A stretch of DNA of 64,000 nt from Octopus sinensis (GCF_006345805.1 NC_043014.1:7006001-7070000), one strand, 5' to 3'. Shown: positions 24,844 to 38,120, counted from the stretch's first letter. Notes: generated from the sequence alone by a model not told the origin. Translations and numbers: made by a program.

Positions 24844-25447
24844 TACATTATTTATGTTGTTTACATTCAACGGATATTTGTCCTCATCTTGTTTATTGTT
24901 AACACAACGTTTCGGCTGATATACCCTCCAACATTCATCAGGTGTCTTGGGGAAATTTCGAACCTGGGTTCTCATTCCTAAGGTATTTTTTGATGTTATT
25001 ATTATTATTATTCAAGTCACAGCCTGGAACCAAACTCGGAATCTTGCTCTTAACCACTACGCCATATGCCCAGGTTTGAAATTTCCCTAAGACACCTGAT
25101 GAAGGCTGGAGGGTATATCAGCTGAAATGTTTTGTTAACAACAAACAAAATGAGGACAAATATCTGTCAAATGTAAATATATTTCTTTACTACCCACAAG
25201 GGGCTAAACATAGAGGGGACAAACGGATTAAGTCGATTAGATCGACCCCAGTGAGTTACAAGTACTTTATTTATCGACCCCGAAAGGATGAAAGGCAAAG
25301 TCGACGTCGGCGGAATTTGAACTTAGAACGTAACGACAGACGAAATACCGATAAGCAGTTCGCCCGGTGCGTTAACGTTTCTGCCAGCTCGCCCTGTCAA
25401 ATGTAAATAATGTACATAATTCCTCATCTCTTAAATATAGAACTGTA
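24844..25447. mobile_element. Second copy of the same hammerhead-bearing foldback element
   Basis: Inverted arms 24844-24995 and about 25070-25180 plus 25394-25447, the right arm split by a SINE-B. Confidence 0.75.
24901..24946 (-). ncRNA. Minimal type I hammerhead ribozyme-like motif
   Basis: Minus strand reads gacac-CUGAUGA-a-uguug-gagggUAUAU-cagcc-GAAACGUU-guguu: stem I, core, stem II, palindromic ACGU stem III and a GUU cleavage triplet. Confidence 0.6.
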
Positions 25448-26154
25448 CTATGAATTTGGTATGACAAAAGTTTCTACCCGGTGTTGCCATGTCATTTGAT
25501 ATCTGATCAACAGTGCACCAGGCTGATTACACCACAGGAAAATCTGACAGTGTTTGAGACATATCCAGCAGGTTCCCTTGAATGTTTCTTAAACCAAGAG
25601 GAGCTGTCAAGCCAGAAAGAGATGATCCATGCAATGAAGGCCAGGGTTGTTTGGGATGCAAAAATTATTGTTTAAGCACCATCCGATCGTGGCCATTGGC
25701 AGCCTCCCCTGGCACCTGTGTCGGTGGCACATAAAAAGCACCCACTACACTCTTGGAGTGGTTGGCGTTAGGAAGGGCATCCAGCCGTAGAAGCGTTGCC
25801 AGATCAGACTGGGCCTGGTGCAGCCTTCTGGCTTCCCAGACCCCAGTTGAACCGTCAAACCCATGCCAGCATGGAAAGTGGACGCTATTTTATGATGATG
25901 ATGATGATTGACCATCTTCAAAAGGGCCACACCATAAATGGAGGGTACTATACCAGTTTGTTGAAGCAGTTAATAAAAGGTGATCAAGACCAAACGCCCA
26001 AGAAAACTGACAAAAGGGATCTTGTTCCATTAGGACAATGTTCCAGCACACAAGTCCTTGCTTTCAATGGTTGCTGTCTGTGATTGTGGCTTTCAACTGG
26101 TTGGTTACCCTGCCGGTTCTCCTGATTTGGCCCCATCAGATTATTATGATCTCA

Positions 26155-26493
26155 TTCTTGCTCACATCATAAGCGGAAAGTGTAACCTCTCGAAAGAGCT
26201 GTTCTTCACTCCTGCTCCAGAGCGTCGGCTGCGGAGTCACTTTGAAAAGCTCTATTTGCGACGATTTCATCTCAATCGAAGGAGAGGGGCTTTCTCCGTC
26301 CGGGTTGTGGATCCGTGGAATAAGCTGCTGGACGAGATAGTGAAGATGCCGACGACTGCTCGGTTCAAAGTCTCTCTTGACCAGAAATGGCCTGAACTCT
26401 TTATATGAACACCACCCTGTACATAACTCCATGTCCCCCTACATGGCTTTGCTTTTTGCTTTTTGAGCCAAAAAATTAACTAACTAACTAACT
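26155..26493 (+). mobile_element. 3' end of a CR1/L2-like LINE
   Basis: LRSHFEKLYLRRFHLNRRRGAFSVRVVDPWNKL...FKVSLD, followed by a short 3' UTR and a (TAAC)n tail. Confidence 0.75.
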
Positions 26494-27486
26494 AATCTGT
26501 TTCCCCAACATGAAAAATTACTTGACTGGAAACTAATATCACAATGATGGTGATATCATGTCTGCTGTTGATGGCTTTTTTGGCCAACAAGATGAAAGCT
26601 TCTGCACCAATAGGGTCCAAGCACTGCAACACCAATGGAAGAAATGGAAGTTGTGCACTGGGTGGGGTGGTGGTGTTCAGTGTAATCGACTTATCTACCC
26701 ACCCCATGCCAAAATTGCAGACTTTGTGCCAAAATTTAAAAACAGTACTTACATGGTATCATTTATAGCTTTGATGTGCTTCAAGATTCACTGTTCCAAA
26801 AAAAGAAATATTTCCTGTTCTTTTAAAATTTATAAATTCTCCCGATCCCAACAACAAATTTTTTTTTTTTGAAATTTTCCATTTTTTTTTATATTCATTT
26901 TTCTCCAATCAAAAAGGCAAGTAAATAAGTCATACATGTTACACACACACACACACACACACATATTTGCCAGATCTTTGATGTGAATTTGTGTTGAAAC
27001 AAATCTCGTGTCTTTGGAGGGTCATTATGCCAATAGCAACAACAGCAATAATAATAATAAAAATAATAATAATAATATAGATGTTTTCAATCTAATTTGG
27101 ATTCTTTGCTATCAAATTTGAAGTTTTCAATTGGTGCTCAAGCCTTGAAAAAAAAAAGGGAGTTAAACTACATCAGCCGTAAGGGAATACATGTCTGTCT
27201 TATCTAACTCGTCCAGTAGAGTCCACCAATTGATATCTGAAAAGTTCGATGAAATAACTCAGGAACACTGCCATAGCTTCTACCAAAGGATGCTCTGTTA
27301 CGTCGACCGGTCTGGACAAGGGGAGATAATAAACGAAGGATTCTTTTTTCTATTATCTCCCCTTGTCCAGACTAGTGGACGACGTGAATATGTTGAAGCA
27401 TAGCTGAAAAGAACTGATAGCTTCATTTTGCAGGTAGCAAGCACACTATAGATGTAAGGCTCTAGGAGTTACAACTGGAGTTTTAA

Positions 27487-27817
27487 AGAGTACTCAGAGA
27501 GTGCAGACCTCTGCCAAGGCAACACCAACGTCCTCTCAATGATTAGCCACAGATGATTTTTAAAATGAGATATCTGAAATAAACCCGACCGTTCTCAAAA
27601 ATTAAGTAAAAAAAAATTTTTTTTAATGGAAAAATAATCCAGAATCCTTGTCCAGTACCGGATCGATCCCAAAATCTAATCAGTTCATGCCAGCCATGAG
27701 GCCAAATATCCCTGGAAGTTTCATCAGAATCCATCCAGTGGTTCTTGAGATATCTTGTCCACGGACAAACAAATGCGACTGAAAACAATACCTCTGCCTT
27801 CGCTAAGATGGAGGTAA
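27487..27817 (+). mobile_element. HINE/Helentron-like non-autonomous element; other copies at 1823-2045(-) and 49808-50585(+, split by a SINE-A)
   Basis: Subterminal cagacctccgccaaggc and a 3' hairpin cctccgccttcgctaaggcggaggtaa. Confidence 0.55.
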
Positions 27818-28355
27818 TAATAACAATAATAATAATAATAATGATGATCTCACATTTTGGCACAAGGTCAATAATTTAAGGGGAAGCGTGTAAGTTGATT
27901 ACCTCAACCCCAGTGTGTCACTGGTACCCATTTCATCAACCCTGAAAGGATGAAAGGCAAGGTCGACCTTGGCGGATTTTGAACTCAGAACATAAAGACA
28001 GATGAAATACCACTAAAATACATCATTTTTGTATTTGGCACATCACTGATGTGGATGTGAGTATCAACGAAAGAACTCTGACGGAGAAACTAATAACTAA
28101 TTAATTGTCCAATCACCACATTAAACAAACAACTGAATAAATTAAGTGGTAAAAGATAGAAGTGGTATCAAACCAGTGTGTGTGTACTTTAGTTTTTATT
28201 GGCATATTGACCCACCCAAGACACAAGTATTAGAAATATAGTACTCATTGGTTTATTTAAACATTCTTTATTTTTATTCTTTCAAAAATATAAATATACA
28301 TATTCGGGTGTATAATACATATCAGCGTATCTATATTACAATAATACAAATGGTT

Positions 28356-28581
28356 TTATTTTGAGATTGGTTTTGGTTTTGGTGGTTTTAATATGCCCTT
28401 AAGTCGAAGGTACTTCACTATAAGTGGGGTTGCACTCAATGTAATGCCTATACGAACTGGAGCGAATACTTTGTGAACGGCATATGCAACGACAAACGTG
28501 CTGGCCCCTGTGGCAAGCCTTGATTTCAAAATGTTTTCACCGATGCCAAGTTTCATCATAAGGCCGACCAGGTCTATTCCA
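28356..28581 (-). CDS. FAM210B: FAM210B-like last exon (C-terminal half of DUF1279)
   Basis: GIDLVGLMMKLGIGENILKSRLATGASTFVVAYAVHKVFAPVRIGITLSATPLIVKYLR closely matches the FAM210B C-terminus as I recall it; tttcag acceptor; TAA at 28356; AATAAA signals on the - strand around 28195-28280. Confidence 0.92.
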
Positions 28582-28632
28582 CTGAAATGGCGAAAGAACG
28601 ACAATAAATATTACATTGACAAAAAATACATA

Positions 28633-28986
28633 TCTCTCTCTATATAAACGGCAGTTTGTCTGTGTGTCTGTTAGCTTGTACCCTCACCCTGACCACGGCT
28701 TTCAACCGATTCTGATGAAACTTGACACACACACATAGCCCAATGTCATAATTCAAAACTAACGTAGAGAAAATTTTGAAAAGTTCCCCCAGTTCTGAAA
28801 AAAATCGATAAATTCGACATAGGGTCGAGAATCAGAAACACAAACCACAGACTGTCTAGGGGACGCAACTCGACCGTTTTAACTCTCAAAAAAAAATTTA
28901 CCATAATTTTTTTTCCATTTTTTTGGCTATAACTCTCTAAAAATGCTTTATAGTTATTTCCCTTACTGCCAGGGCGATACTGCTAG
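28633..28986 (+). mobile_element. Non-autonomous Helitron-like element; related copy at 55808-56207 and a partial one at about 19355-19520
   Basis: 5' TC start; 3' GC-rich hairpin (cccgagcaacgccggg in the 55808 copy) and CTAG-T end; shared internal block. Confidence 0.65.
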
Positions 28987-31672
28987 TTTAATATAATTAT
29001 ACAAACTAAAGGCGGTGCCCCAGCATGGCCGCAGTCAAATGACTGAAACAAGTAAAAAAAAAAAAAAATGAATAACATTTTATATACACACACACACACG
29101 TGTTCACTCTCTCTCTCTCTCTCTCTGGTTGGGTAACCACGTACCTCCTTTTTAGCAAGATACCTGTTTCTGCCTCTCTGTCTCTTACTCTTTACTCTTT
29201 TACTTGTTTCAGTCAGTTGACTGCGGCCATGCTGGAGCACCGCCTTTAGTCGAGCAAATCGACCCCGAGACTTATTCTTTGTAAGCCCAGTACTTATTCT
29301 TTCGGTCTCTTTTGCCGAACCGCTAAGTTACGGGGACGTAAACACACCAGCATCGGTTGTCAAGCAATGCTAGGGGGACAAACACAGACACAGAAACACA
29401 CACACATACATATATATATATACATATATATACGACAGGCTTCTTTCAGTTTCCGTCTACCAGATCCACTCACAAGGCATTGGTCGGCCTGGGGCTATAG
29501 CAGAAGACACTTGCCCAAGATGCCACGCAGTGGGACTGAACCCGGAACCATGTGGTTGGTTAGCAAGCTACTTACCACACAGCCACCTTTCATTATCTGA
29601 CACAAGATCCCCCCCCCCCCCCTTCAAAGCCCACTTCTCTATAGCAAACCGGCAGACATGAGCGGTTGCAGCTTCGGTCAAGCGATGTCTTCAAAGTCTA
29701 ACTAACATTACCAACAAGATGCAAAAACAAATATTATTGTTAGTAGTCATCATGCATAAATGAAGAAGCCTTCCTCTTCTGTTACCTGTTATCGTCTCTC
29801 TCTCTTCCTCCCTTCCTCTCTCTACCCACCTCTCACTCTTTATTTATATAGTATTTCAGTCAGCATATTTTCCAGCCATCTTCAGGTGTTGCATTTTGAT
29901 TTGTTTGAATATCTTGATGCACGCACATAAATACGTACTAAGTCTTGCATGCACACACACACAGATGTATAAATACATACATACACAAATATACACATAT
30001 AGACACACAAATATATATATATATATATATACATACATACACATATACACATATATATACACACACATATATACATATGCACATATACATATATATATGT
30101 ATTCATACATTCATACATATGCATACACACACATATACACCCATATTTATATATTCCCACATGCACATAAATATATATATATACACACACATTCACGCAT
30201 GCATACACATATAAATATACATTCAAACATACAAACATACAGGCATAAATATATATACATTCACAGACACACACACACATATCTGCGTAAGATGTTTCGT
30301 CTGGAGGACAGCACAGTTTATCCAGAATCACCAGAGAATAGCTACATCCTACAACCTGATAATTCTGGACAGATGCAGTTATGCCGTCCAGCAGGTGAAA
30401 CTTTCTGTAAGTAGTAAGCAATGCCTGAAACACAAAATAAAACATCTTGTCTTCAAAGATATAGAATAGTTTTTCAGTTTACAAATAACTTAGCTGAATG
30501 ACTAAGAATATCCAAACAACTTTATTCAAGAGGACAATGACAAATTTTAATGAACAGAAATGACATATAAGAAAATAATCAATTTCAACGAGCAAAAAAC
30601 CACAATTACATTGTTGAACCCAGTGTTTAACTAGTTCCTTATTTCATTGTCCCCACCCACTTAAGGTTGAAAGACTAAGTGAGCCTTGATGGGAGAGAAA
30701 TCAGATTATATAGAGTGACACGACTATCACAAAGTATTTTGGCTGATGTGCTATCAATTCTGCCAATCCATAATGTGATCAAATATCATCATCATCATCA
30801 TTTAACATCTGCTTTCCATGCTAGCATGGGTTGGACGATTTGACTGAGGTCTGGCAAACCTGATGGCTGCACCAGGCTCCAATCTGATCTGGCAGAGTTC
30901 CTACACCTGGATACCTTTCCTAAAGCCAACCACTCCAAGATTGTAGTGGGTGCTTTTACGTGCTACTGGCACGAGGGCCAGTCAGGCAGTACTGGAAATG
31001 GCCATGCTCAAATGGTGCTTTTTACATGCCACCTGCACAGGAGCCAGTCCAGCATCACCGGCAACGACCTTGCTCAAATGTTTTTTCCCGTGCCATGAGC
31101 ACAAGTGCCAGTAAGGTGATGCAGGTAACAATCATGCTCGAATGGTGCTTTTTTACGTGCCACCGGCATGGAAGCCAGTTTGTTGCTCTGGCAACAATGT
31201 GATCAAATAATAACAGTAAAATCGTACAAGGAATTCAAACCATGCATCTGTTTTATACTTGACTGATAACTACACCAATCCTCAGGTATTAGTATGGGGG
31301 TAAATGACTCTGTAGAAGTTAGTGATCTCATAGGACCCTGCACTTTACACAAGTTGAGGACCCATGTCATGAGTACAGGTGGAGGGTTATACCATGATGA
31401 TGGACGACATATTGCACGTCAACCCACACATTATTCACGGATTAAAAAGAATGTGCATTCATTCTTGAAAAATTTGGATTTATAAATCACCAAGCAAATT
31501 TCACAGCCAATTTCCTTCATGTTACCAGGACATAATTAGCTGTTTCTACCAAACCCTAATCTACCCCCACTCACCTACTACTTTTAAGATCTAGGTCAAC
31601 TTCAACTACCGCACCCCCAATCCTTCATTAACCCTTTTGATACGAAACTGCCTGAAACTTTTGAGATATATA

Positions 31673-33215
31673 TTAACCCTTTCGTTACCATATTTCTGTT
31701 GAGATGCTCTGTGTTTCTCTATTATATATATTTTAACCCTTTCGTTACTGAATTTATTTGGAGATGCTCTGTGTTTCTTTCAATTATTTTAAATATAACA
31801 AAGAATTTAGTAAAATAACTTAGTTATCATTAAGCTAGTGATAGGAACATAAATTGTGACTAAGGTTTGGTGGAAGATTTTAATTCAGAACTTTTGAAAA
31901 CAAGACATTTGTACTCAGAGCCAGACCCAGTTTCAGCCAGGTTGGTATCAAAAGGATTAAGAATTGTTTCTCTATTATATATTTTAACCTTTTTGTTACC
32001 ATATTTCTCTTAAGATACTCTGTGTTTCTTTCAATTACTTTAAATATAACAAAGAATTTAGTAAAATAACTTAGTTACCATTAAGCTAGTGTTAGGAACA
32101 TAAATTGTGACTAAGGTTTGGTGGAAGATTTTAATTCAAAACTTTTGAAAACAAGACATTTGTACTCAGAGCCAGACCCAGTTTCAGCCAGGTTGGTATC
32201 AAAAGGATTAAGAATTGTTTCTCTATATATATTTTAACCTTTTTGTTACCATATCTCTTAAGATACTCTGTGTTTCTTCAATTACTTTAAATATAACAAA
32301 GAATTTAGTAAAATAACTTAGTTACCATTAAGCTAGTGTTAGGAACATAAATTGTGACTAAGGTTTGGTGGAAGATTTTAATTCAAAACTTTTGAAAACA
32401 AGACATTTGTACTCAGAGCCAGACCCAGTTTCAGCCAGGTTGGTATCAAAAGGATTAAGAATTGTTTCTCTATTATATATTTTAACCTTTTTGTTACCAT
32501 ATTTCTCTTAAGATACTCTGTGTTTCTTTCAATTACTTTAAATATAACAAAGAATTTAGTAAAATAACTTAGTTACCATTAAGCTAGTGTTAGGAACATA
32601 AATTGTGACTAAGGTTTGGTGGAAGATTTTAATTCAGAACTTTTGAAAACAAGACATTTGTACTCAGAGCCAGACCCAGTTTCAGCCAGGTTGGTATCAA
32701 AAGGATTAAGAATTGTTTCTCTATTATATATATTTTAACCCTTTCGTTACTGAATTTATTTGGAGATGCTCTGTGTTTCTTTCAATTATTTTAAATATAA
32801 CAAAGAATTTAGTAAAATAACTTAGTTATCATTAAGCTAGTGATAGGAACATAAATTGTGACCAACGTTTGGGGAAAGATTTTAATTCAGAACTTTTGAA
32901 AACAAGACATTTGTACTCAGAGCCAGACCCAGTTTCAGCCAGGTTGGTATCAAAAGGATTAAGAATTGTTTCTCTATTATATATATTTTAACCCTTTCGT
33001 TACTGAATTTATTTGGAGATGCTCCGTGTTTCTTTCAATTATTTTTAAATACAACAAAGAATTTAGTAAAATAACTTAGTTACCATTAAGCTAGTGTTAG
33101 GAACATAAATTGTGACTAAGGTTTGGTGGAAGATTTTAATTCAGAACTTATGAAATCAAGTCATTTGAACTCAGAGCTAGAGATGGTTTCAGCCGGATTG
33201 GTAACGAAGGGTTAA
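31673..33215 (+). repeat. Tandem array of about 6 x 250 bp of a piggyBac-like MITE plus linker
   Basis: Units start ttaaccctttcgttac and end ggtaacgaa(a)gggttaa or ggtatcaaaaggattaa; starts at 31733, 31984, 32234, 32482, 32735 and 32988. Confidence 0.9.
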
Positions 33216-33799
33216 TATCTTGCATCAAAGTTTCATATCAGTTTATGTTCTAAACTTCAGCTTAATTAATAATGATGAAGTTATCTTAATTAAATTCTTC
33301 GTTATTTTCAAACGATGGAAACAGAAGCAGTGTAAGTGACTTGTATCACAAATACCTATTTCTTTACTACCCACAAGGGGATAAACACAGAGGGGACAAA
33401 CAAGGACAGACAAACGGATTAAGTCGATTACATCGACTCCAGTGCGTAACTGGTACTTATTTAATCGACCCCCGAAAGGATGAAAGGCAAAGTCGACCTC
33501 GGCGAAATTTGAACTCAGAACGTAACAGCAGACGAAATACCGGTAAGCATTTCGCCTGGCGTGCTAACGATTCTACCAGCTCGCTACCGTGTATCACAAA
33601 CACAACGAGGTGAAGAGATGCAAACTGTCAACCTCTTTGAGTGGTGGACCAGCAGCCGGACAAATTTGAAAACTGAGCTGCATCCGAACTTCATGTAGGG
33701 AACATAAAGAAAAATAAGAAGATGAAAGAAAAGATGAAAAGAGGAAGAGGTACAACAACAACAGCAACAACAACAACGAGAAGGAACAAATAGGGATAC

Positions 33800-34343
33800 C
33801 TGGAGACTGCAAGGTAAAAGCCGCCAAGAGACATGAGGGAGATCGTGATATGGAAAACCATGACAGTGGAACCATACTCTTTGACAGCTCTTTGTAGTTG
33901 TTGTCTGCGGGTTAGTTCGAGAGGGGCTTCGCTGGTACCACGGGCAGTATCTGGGGCTGGAGTTGTGGTTGATGTTTGATGCGTTTCTGTTTTGTTTTCT
34001 GGGGTGATGGGCCCTTTGGAATTTGAGAACCAGTTTGATGTCGAGAATGTCCTCTGTTGTTGTTGTTGCTGCTGCTGATGGTGATGATGATGATGATAAT
34101 GAAGGTGATACTGCAGTTGTTGCGGCCGCAAAGAGACTGTCCTGATTCGGTTTAGCGCCGTCTGCACCTGGCCCTTCAACGCTGGTTCCACTGCTTTCTG
34201 CTCGTCTTTGAAATCTTGGTGATGCTTCTGGTAATTATCTGAAACCGACCGATGCTTGTTCAAAAGGTGCTCTTCAATATCTGAGTGCAGTGCGACAGAC
34301 GTGACAATCTGAGCGATGGCGGCAGAGGTGGTGGTCGTCGTGG
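33800..34343 (-). CDS. FAM210B: FAM210B-like middle exon (His/Gln-rich linker plus the start of DUF1279, RRQQLQRAVKEYGSTVMVFHITISLMSLGGFYLAVS)
   Basis: Acceptor ccgtccctacag (plus-strand ct at 34344-34345); donor AG|gtatcc at 33799; phase 2 joins the last exon as Ser (AG|T). Confidence 0.88.
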
Positions 34344-34889
34344 CTGTAGGGACGGAGATGGACAAAGATGAAGAAGATGATGATGATGATGATGAGGAGG
34401 AGACGAAAGAGACAGACATGGATAGGGGCAGGTGGTGTGATCGTGTGATGAGAACTGTAGTTCAATGATGACAAACTTAAGGTGGGAGATGAGACCTATG
34501 CAAACGACATGTCTGAAGAGGAAGGTGCAGTGAAGAGAAAACGATAAAGTGAGAATGGTAGAAATAAATATTTAAAACTAGTGATTTAGAAATAAGAATT
34601 TCAAAAGTTCTTTTTCCAATCAGGAATATTGATTTTAAATAATAATTTTGTATATATTGATTCTGATTACAGAACCCTAATTGCAAAAATGATAAAAACT
34701 GATAAAAAGATGAATATACATTAAAAATCTTGTCATATTGAAGTTAGCAACTACTTTCTTCTTCTTCTTCTTATTATTATTATTATTATAACCAATGTGG
34801 GTCAGAAGTTGGCTTCCCAAGAACATAGTTTTGGGTGCAAAGTGGACAAGTGATGGAATTTGGTAAATAAAAACTGAAACACACCCACG

Positions 34890-34960
<71 letters not shown>

Positions 34961-34966
<6 letters not shown>

Positions 34967-35488
34967 GTTGTATACTGTCAATCTAACATGAACGTGACAG
35001 TAAGGGGTTACACCACCGCTGTTTGGCCCTAGGAAGCATCAACGCTTCCTGCTGGCTTCGACACATTATTCCTGTGTCCTTATATATTTACGAAGGAGAG
35101 ACAAACACCCCCAGCAGCCAGGCCTGCATCTAGAGACACGCATGTTTCAGGATCTTTGTCCATCACAGGAAAAATGTGTTGAAGCCATCAGGAAGCGTCG
35201 ATGCTTCCTAGGGCTAAACAGCAGTGGTGTAACCCCCTACTGTCATGTTAAGTTGACAGTATACAACCATTCTATCGCCCCACCACCGTACATATCTCTA
35301 TGAGAGATTTAGAAATTTAATATTTCTGATATATATATATATCATCATCATCATCATATATATATATATATATCAGAAATATTAAATAACAAAGGGTTAA
35401 AGTAGAAGGAATAGCTAAGATTTTTTGATTGCTATTTCTAAACTTCGGTATGTGGTGAAGCAAATCTATGCTGAACCCTAATTATAAA

Positions 35489-35546
<58 letters not shown>

Positions 35547-35904
35547 AATATTAAATTTCTAAATATCTCATAGAGATATGTATGGTGGTGGGGCGATAGA
35601 ATGGTTGTATACTGTCAACTTAATGTGACAGTAGGGGATTACACCACCGCTGTTTAGCCCTAGGAAGCATCAACGCTTCCTGCTGGCTTCGACACATTAT
35701 TCCTGTGTCCTTATATATTTACGAAGGAGAGACAAACACCCCCAGCAGCCAGGCCTGCATCTAGAGACACGCATGTTTCAGGGTCTTCGTATATATACAA
35801 GGATACAGAAAATGTGTCGAAGCCGACAGGAAGCGTCGATGCTTCCTAGGGCTAAACAGCAGTGGTGTAATTCCCTACTGTCACGTTAGATTGACAGTAT
35901 ACAA

Positions 35905-35910
<6 letters not shown>
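34961..35910. repeat. Two adjacent copies of a foldback element (34961-35335 and 35538-35910)
   Basis: Each copy has about 110-bp inverted arms (agaatggttgtatactgtcaa...) around the same spacer. Confidence 0.8.
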
Positions 35911-35955
<45 letters not shown>

Positions 35956-35956
<1 letters not shown>

Positions 35957-36292
35957 ACAAAATAGAATGAAAAAGCTACAGAAGATTTGTATTTTATGGT
36001 TAAAAAAATTATATTAATATCATCATGTGAGGAAAATGATATAAAATTTTGTGTATAGTGACATTGTTTTGGGGAGAAATAACTGGTTTTGTACATTCTT
36101 TTCAAATTTCTCCAATTTTCTTTCAGTAAAGATATTCAAGAAATTTGAAAAGAATGTACAAAACCGGTTATTTCTCCCCAAAACAATGTCACTATACACA
36201 AAATTTTATATCATTTTCCTCACATGATGATATTAATATAATTTTTAACCATAAAATACAAATCCTCTGTAGCTTTTTCATTCTATTTTGTT
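35956..36292. repeat. Near-perfect AT-rich palindrome with about 155-bp arms and a 27-bp spacer
   Basis: 35956-36111 is the reverse complement of 36139-36292. Confidence 0.9.
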
Positions 36293-36729
36293 AAAATATA
36301 TATATATCTTTCTCTTTTACTCTTTTACTTGTTTCAGTCATTTGACTGCGGCCATGCTGGAGCACTGCCTTTAATCGAGCAACTCAACCCTGGGACTTAT
36401 TCTTTGTAAGCCCAGTACTTATTCTATCGGTCTGTTTTGCCAAACCGCTAAGTGACGGGGACATAAACACACCAGCATCGGTTGTCAAGCAATGCTAGGG
36501 GGACAAACACAGACACACAAACATACACGCACATACATATATATACATATATACAAAGGGCTTCTTTCAGTTTCCGTCTACCAAATCCACTCACAAGGCT
36601 TTGGTCGGCCCGAGGCTATAGTAGAAGACACTTGCCCAAGGTGCCACGCAGTGGGACTGAACCCGGAACCATGTGGTTGGCAAACAAGCTACTTACCACA
36701 CAGCCACTCCTGCGCCTTTATATATATAT

Positions 36730-37048
36730 ATAAAGGGTAAAGACTCCCTTCGGTTATGAATGACCATGGGATTGCACCTAGAAAGTTCCCCTCGAAGGCA
36801 CAAGTCTGAGTGGGGTTATTTTAGGGAAGTCTCCATGCCACCAGTGTTATCCAAGGGAAAAGCAAAGGGGCCGATACAGCTTGGCACCAGTGATGTCGCA
36901 ACTCATTTCTACAGTTGAGTTAACTGGAGCAACGTGAAATAAAGTGTCTTGCTCAAGAACACAACACGCTGCCCGGTCCGGGAATCGAACTCACAACCTT
37001 GTGATTGTGAGCCCGACGCTCTAACCACTGAACCATGCAGCTTCACTC
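36730..37048 (-). mobile_element. tRNA-derived SINE (additional family; second copy at 43213-43500)
   Basis: Reverse-strand tRNA-like head (gagttcgattccc) followed by cttgagcaagacactttatttcacgttgctccag; conserved tail ending gaagggggtctttacccttt. Confidence 0.65.
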
Positions 37049-38120
37049 TCTCTCTATATATACACTTTTAATTGTCTCGGTCATTTGAATGTGGCCATGC
37101 TGGAGCACCAGGACTTATTCTTTGCAAGCCTAGTACTTATTCTATTGGTCTTTTTTGCTGAACTGCTAGGTTACGGGGATGTAAACACACCAGCATCGAT
37201 TGTCAAGCGATGTTGGGGGGACAAACACAGACACACAAACGCACGCATACATATATACGACGGGCTTCTTTCAGTTTCCGTCTACCAAATCTACTCACAA
37301 GGCTTTGGTCAACTCGAGGCTATAGTAGGTGTCACGCAGTGGGACTGAACCCAGAACCATGTGGTTGGTAAGCAAGCTACTTACCACACAGCCACTCTTG
37401 CACCTATATATATATATATATACTCTCTCTTTTTTTTTACTCTTTTTACTAGTTTCAGTCATTTAGTAGAGGAAATCGACCCCGGGACTTATTCTTTGTA
37501 AGCCCAGTACTTATTCTATCGGTCTCTTTTGCCAAACCGCTAAGTGACAGGGATGTAAACACACCAGCATCGGTTGTCAAGCAATACTAGGGAGACAAAC
37601 ACAGACATACAAACACACATACATATATATATATATACATATATACGACAGGCTTCTTTCAGTTTCCGTCTACCAAATCCACTCACAAGGCATTGGTCGG
37701 CCCGGGGCTATAGCAGAAGACACTTGCCCAAGATGCCACGCAGTGGGACTGAACCCGGAACCATGTGGTTGGTTAGCAAGCTACTTACCACACAGCCACT
37801 CCTGCGCCTATATATATATATAATTCTTTATTGCCCACAGAGGGGACAAACAAGGATAGACAAAGGAATTAAGTCGATTACATTGCCCCAGTGCATAACT
37901 GGTACTTATTTAATCAACCCTGAAAGGATGAAAGGCAAAGTCGACCTCGGCGGAATTTGAACTCAGAATGTAACGGCAGACGAAATACCTCTAAGCATTT
38001 CACTTGGCATGCTAATAGTTCTGCCATGTTAGGGGGGACTACAGACAGTGCTCCAGCATGGCCGCAGCCAAATGTCTGAAACAAGTAAAAGAATAAAAGA
38101 ATATATATATATATATATAT

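Larger units (their letters stand above)
24572..26760 (+). mobile_element. Fragmented mariner element in pieces 24572-24836, 25908-26146 and 26494-26760
   Basis: Collinear motifs: EFRRG...VTTKENI, LQKGHTINGGYY..LL, DNVPAH, GSPDLAPSDYY, LFPNMK..L.G, FCTNRVQALQHQW. Confidence 0.8.

Noticed and set aside
27191-27403. 70-aa ORF as a gene exon
   Set aside because: No clear splice context; at most a faint Tc1-like C-terminal relic, too weak to call
34344-34419. MSVSFVSSSS... as the FAM210B start codon
   Set aside because: Lies in the polypyrimidine tract before a strong acceptor at 34344; better explained as intron, though not formally excluded
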